64,000 bases of DNA from Cloacimonetes bacterium SCGC AAA252-N17 (GTDB lineage Bacteria; Cloacimonadota; Cloacimonadia; JGIOTU-2): contig ASNI01000007.1 in NCBI GenBank assembly GCA_000404785.1, forward strand, positions 181 through 64,180. Direction: 5' to 3'. The notes under the pieces were generated by a model. It was not told where the DNA came from. It saw only the letters and a program-made list of their open reading frames with translations, and did no database searches. Within the stretch, counting starts at the first letter, position 1. Each line of letters begins with the position of its first letter. The position numbers and the translations under genes were made by a program. Positions 61,689-64,000 of the stretch are shown piece after piece.

Positions 61689-64000
61689 TCAGCGGATTAA
61701 CAACAGCTTATTAAATTCTTTATCAACCCCATCTGCGCACATTTTATAGAAGTAAATACCGGGACTCACCTTTTTCCCACTGTGATCTTTTCCGTCCCAC
61801 ACCGTACTAAATCCTAAATCAGATCCTTCCGTGGGCGGGTTAAATCTTAATTGTTTTACCAATTGTCCTTTCACATTATAAATTTTTATTCGCGACAATT
61901 CGTGTGAATTCGCCTGCCACGGCGAAGCGGAGTGAAGTCGGGTGGTTCCGAAATAAGAAATGGTGGTCGAGCCATTGAAAGGATTAGGTGAATTCATCAG
62001 CAACATATCAGAACTCCCGCAGACACTGTGATCATCAACGGAGGTAGGAACATAAGAATACAATCTTGCAACACCATCCACATATTGGAGATTATTAAGA
62101 TGCAACAGATTGGAATAGTTACAATACCAATCAGATCCAACCGGAACGTCAAAATCAAAATTTCCCTGATCCGCATTAAGAAGTATATTAAAGCATTCAA
62201 ATTGTATATTCATCAAAAACCAGATAAAATTAAGCTCATCCGTCATCACATAATCGATGCCACCCGTTTCCTCTTTCTTGTACAGGGTTGAGCTGTTCAA
62301 GTCATCCATCAATGAAAGACCGCTAACGATTTGTGAAGGAACTGTAAAATCTACTTCGAGACGATAATCATCCACATCATCTTCAGGAACATCAATACTT
62401 GTCCAACCTAATGATGGCATAGTTCCGGATACCGATAATGAATAGGTATAATCCTGTCCGTTTACAGTATTGCTAACTACTGAATAAACCTGATTAGGAT
62501 TTGGGGGAGAGCTTCCTATATCGGTATCTATTCTTGCATAATAATGTCTTCCTTCTCCTACAGTAAAGCAAAATTTTCCCTCGTTATCTGTAAGCCCATA
62601 ATTATCAATATAGATATAAGGGTCACATAGCACAGCCAATAGAACTTCAGCACCGTCAATTGGATTTCCCTGACTATCAAGCGCATAAATTGTAATGGTA
62701 GCACTGCCATCAGAATATGTTCCAGTTACAGATGAAAGCCAGCCATCGCTTCTTATTTCAAATACAGAACCAAAGCTCCAGCCCCAGCCGTTCTCATATA
62801 CTAAAGGATTATCAAGGGAGTTGTTTACCGGCTCCCAATGCACCCAGCTTTCATCCCAGAATTCATTCCACGTATGATCGCCGGATATTGCCAATATACT
62901 TGTACAAGGAATGAGCGCAGAACGTGATGTCGCTGCACTTATATCCGCATGTTCTCCACATCTTCCAATATGTTTTTTATAGATGCGTACCGGTTGGTGA
63001 GGTCTTTCATTGCCTGAAGTAAATTCCATTGTTTCGTTGATCCATCGAGTGATGATCGCCATCGCATGTGTCATCGTTGCATTCACATTCTGTGTGCCGT
63101 CCCACACAACCTTACATCCTGCCAGAGAATCCTTTAATACCGGATAACCTGCATCTGCCTGGTTGAAAAGATAGTTCCTCCAGAAAAAACCGACTGGAGG
63201 ATCAGCAAAATTATTATTATGTGTGGTGTTGTTTTCTATAATATTGGGATTAATGTACCCGGGGATCTCATCTGTAATTTTTGGATCCACAATATACCAG
63301 TAATAAATCTCTCTGGGAACTTCTACCTGCACAGTATCACCTGCAGCATCCACTTTCCAATATCGTGTGGTTGAATAATAATTTTCATCTGTTGTAGAAC
63401 TTCCGTAATCGACCACTTCAACATAATCCAGATACTGAGCATTACTGTAGATCATCTCTGCGTTTTCTTGCAACAGTTCTGAAGAACCGTAAAGGTCGCC
63501 TTCCGAATTTGCGGAAAGATATTCAGGGGATAGATGTGCAATAGAAAAAGCGATCTCATCTATATACGGATCCTCGGCATCATTGATTGCGGATGCCCAT
63601 TCGGGCTGATAAAGTTCGCTGATACGTGACAGAACATTATACAGATCGTTCCTCAGCCACTTTGGCGCTCTGGCTATCGCTTGCTTTGATTCGTTCAATA
63701 AGGGATATTCAGGATAGAGCGGATACTGTTCAAGAGAATAGGTATCATTGTTGAAATAGATGCTGTAAATCCCACCTGCATCAACATAATGCGACAGTTC
63801 CAATGAATCAGCTAACACCCAATTGTCTCTCATACCTTTTTGCATAACCTGGCTTTCGGGTTTTTCAGGCGGTTCGTATATCTTTGCTTCACCCACACAG
63901 ACAAAACCTCCCTCGGGCTGCAGTTCCTTATGTGTGCATCCTCTCTCTTCTCCGTAGGCAAGGGAACACATTCCTATAATTAATAAACTTAATACTAACA
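61689..64000 (-). CDS. Transglutaminase-like cysteine protease-fold protein with T9SS C-terminal sorting domain (5' end runs off the window)
   Basis: The transglutaminase core reads RCGEHADISAATSRSALIPC...GDHTWNEFWDESWVHWEP. The CTD reads NSPNPFNGSTTISY...IKIYNVKGQLVKQL...VWDGKDHSGKKVSPGIYFYK...KLLLIR. The frame stays open upstream of the track Met and reads LVLSLLIIGMCSLAYG, a signal peptide, so the true start is beyond 64000. Confidence 0.85.
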   Translation of the reverse strand, partial: LVLSLLIIGMCSLAYGEERGCTHKELQPEGGFVCVGEAKIYEPPEKPESQVMQKGMRDNWVLADSLELSHYVDAGGIYSIYFNNDTYSLEQYPLYPEYPLLNESKQAIARAPKWLRNDLYNVLSRISELYQPEWASAINDAEDPYIDEIAFSIAHLSPEYLSANSEGDLYGSSELLQENAEMIYSNAQYLDYVEVVDYGSSTTDENYYSTTRYWKVDAAGDTVQVEVPREIYYWYIVDPKITDEIPGYINPNIIENNTTHNNNFADPPVGFFWRNYLFNQADAGYPVLKDSLAGCKVVWDGTQNVNATMTHAMAIITRWINETMEFTSGNERPHQPVRIYKKHIGRCGEHADISAATSRSALIPCTSILAISGDHTWNEFWDESWVHWEPVNNSLDNPLVYENGWGWSFGSVFEIRSDGWLSSVTGTYSDGSATITIYALDSQGNPIDGAEVLLAVLCDPYIYIDNYGLTDNEGKFCFTVGEGRHYYARIDTDIGSSPPNPNQVYSVVSNTVNGQDYTYSLSVSGTMPSLGWTSIDVPEDDVDDYRLEVDFTVPSQIVSGLSLMDDLNSSTLYKKEETGGIDYVMTDELNFIWFLMNIQFECFNILLNADQGNFDFDVPVGSDWYCNYSNLLHLNNLQYVDGVARLYSYVPTSVDDHSVCGSSDMLLMNSPNPFNGSTTISYFGTTRLHSASPWQANSHELSRIKIYNVKGQLVKQLRFNPPTEGSDLGFSTVWDGKDHSGKKVSPGIYFYKMCADGVDKEFNKLLLIR

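Noticed and set aside
1-64000. Looked for prophage, IS, integron or conjugative-element genes (integrase, transposase, terminase, relaxase) and for rRNA/tRNA/tmRNA/RNase P
   Set aside because: None recognised. The candidate insert at 43.3-47.9 kb therefore has no self-encoded mobility function within this window.

Overview
64-kb window of a low-GC bacterial chromosome, read by eye with the supplied ORF track. No homology search was possible, so all family calls rest on motifs I recognise. Gene content suggests an anaerobic diderm of the FCB type: T9SS C-terminal sorting domain, TamA/TamB, SBBP-repeat surface protein, class 1B DHODH, radical SAM, nitroreductase. A Cloacimonadota-like uncultivated lineage is my guess, at low confidence. 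Layout: (i) 1-2583, partial secreted SBBP/dockerin protein. (ii) 2.8-12 kb, minus-strand signalling locus with a TrmB-like regulator, REC-PAS-HD-GYP, two large PAS/GAF histidine kinases, two kinase C-terminal remnants, a 7-TM protein and a small repeat-bearing secreted protein. (iii) 13-19.7 kb, a DUF1015 gene plus pyrB-pyrC-pyrK-pyrD-pyrR-pyrF. (iv) 22.9-33.2 kb, minus-strand envelope/transport block (TamA, TamB, MscS, hypothetical, amino-acid SBP, B12-radical SAM). (v) 33.2-37.4 kb, Mut7-C RNase-like, rpmE, DUF1385, prfA, CNNM. (vi) 37.4-43.2 kb, NifU-like, LeuC-like, class II aldolase + MtnA, nitroreductase, TauE. (vii) 43.3-47.9 kb, a strand-switched two-gene insert. It holds a lipobox-bearing YgeA/RacX-type racemase and an AT-rich 966-aa PHP-phosphoesterase / coiled-coil ABC-type ATPase fusion, which is my best candidate for a poorly described (Ppl-like) defence gene. 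(viii) 48-64 kb, gshA + ATP-grasp ligase, oligopeptidase B plus a decayed tandem copy, beta-helix lipoprotein, hutU, murI, SBP-Cache protein, and a transglutaminase-like T9SS substrate. I recognised no rRNA, tRNA, CRISPR array, transposase or integrase. The most unusual global property is that most of the larger intergenic gaps (roughly >150 bp) carry a mosaic of short reusable repeat modules. These include hairpins, 9-bp-period CTCTGTG arrays, and a 55-bp module present in near-identical copies 47 kb apart. One 40-bp module sits in-frame inside a T9SS sorting domain.
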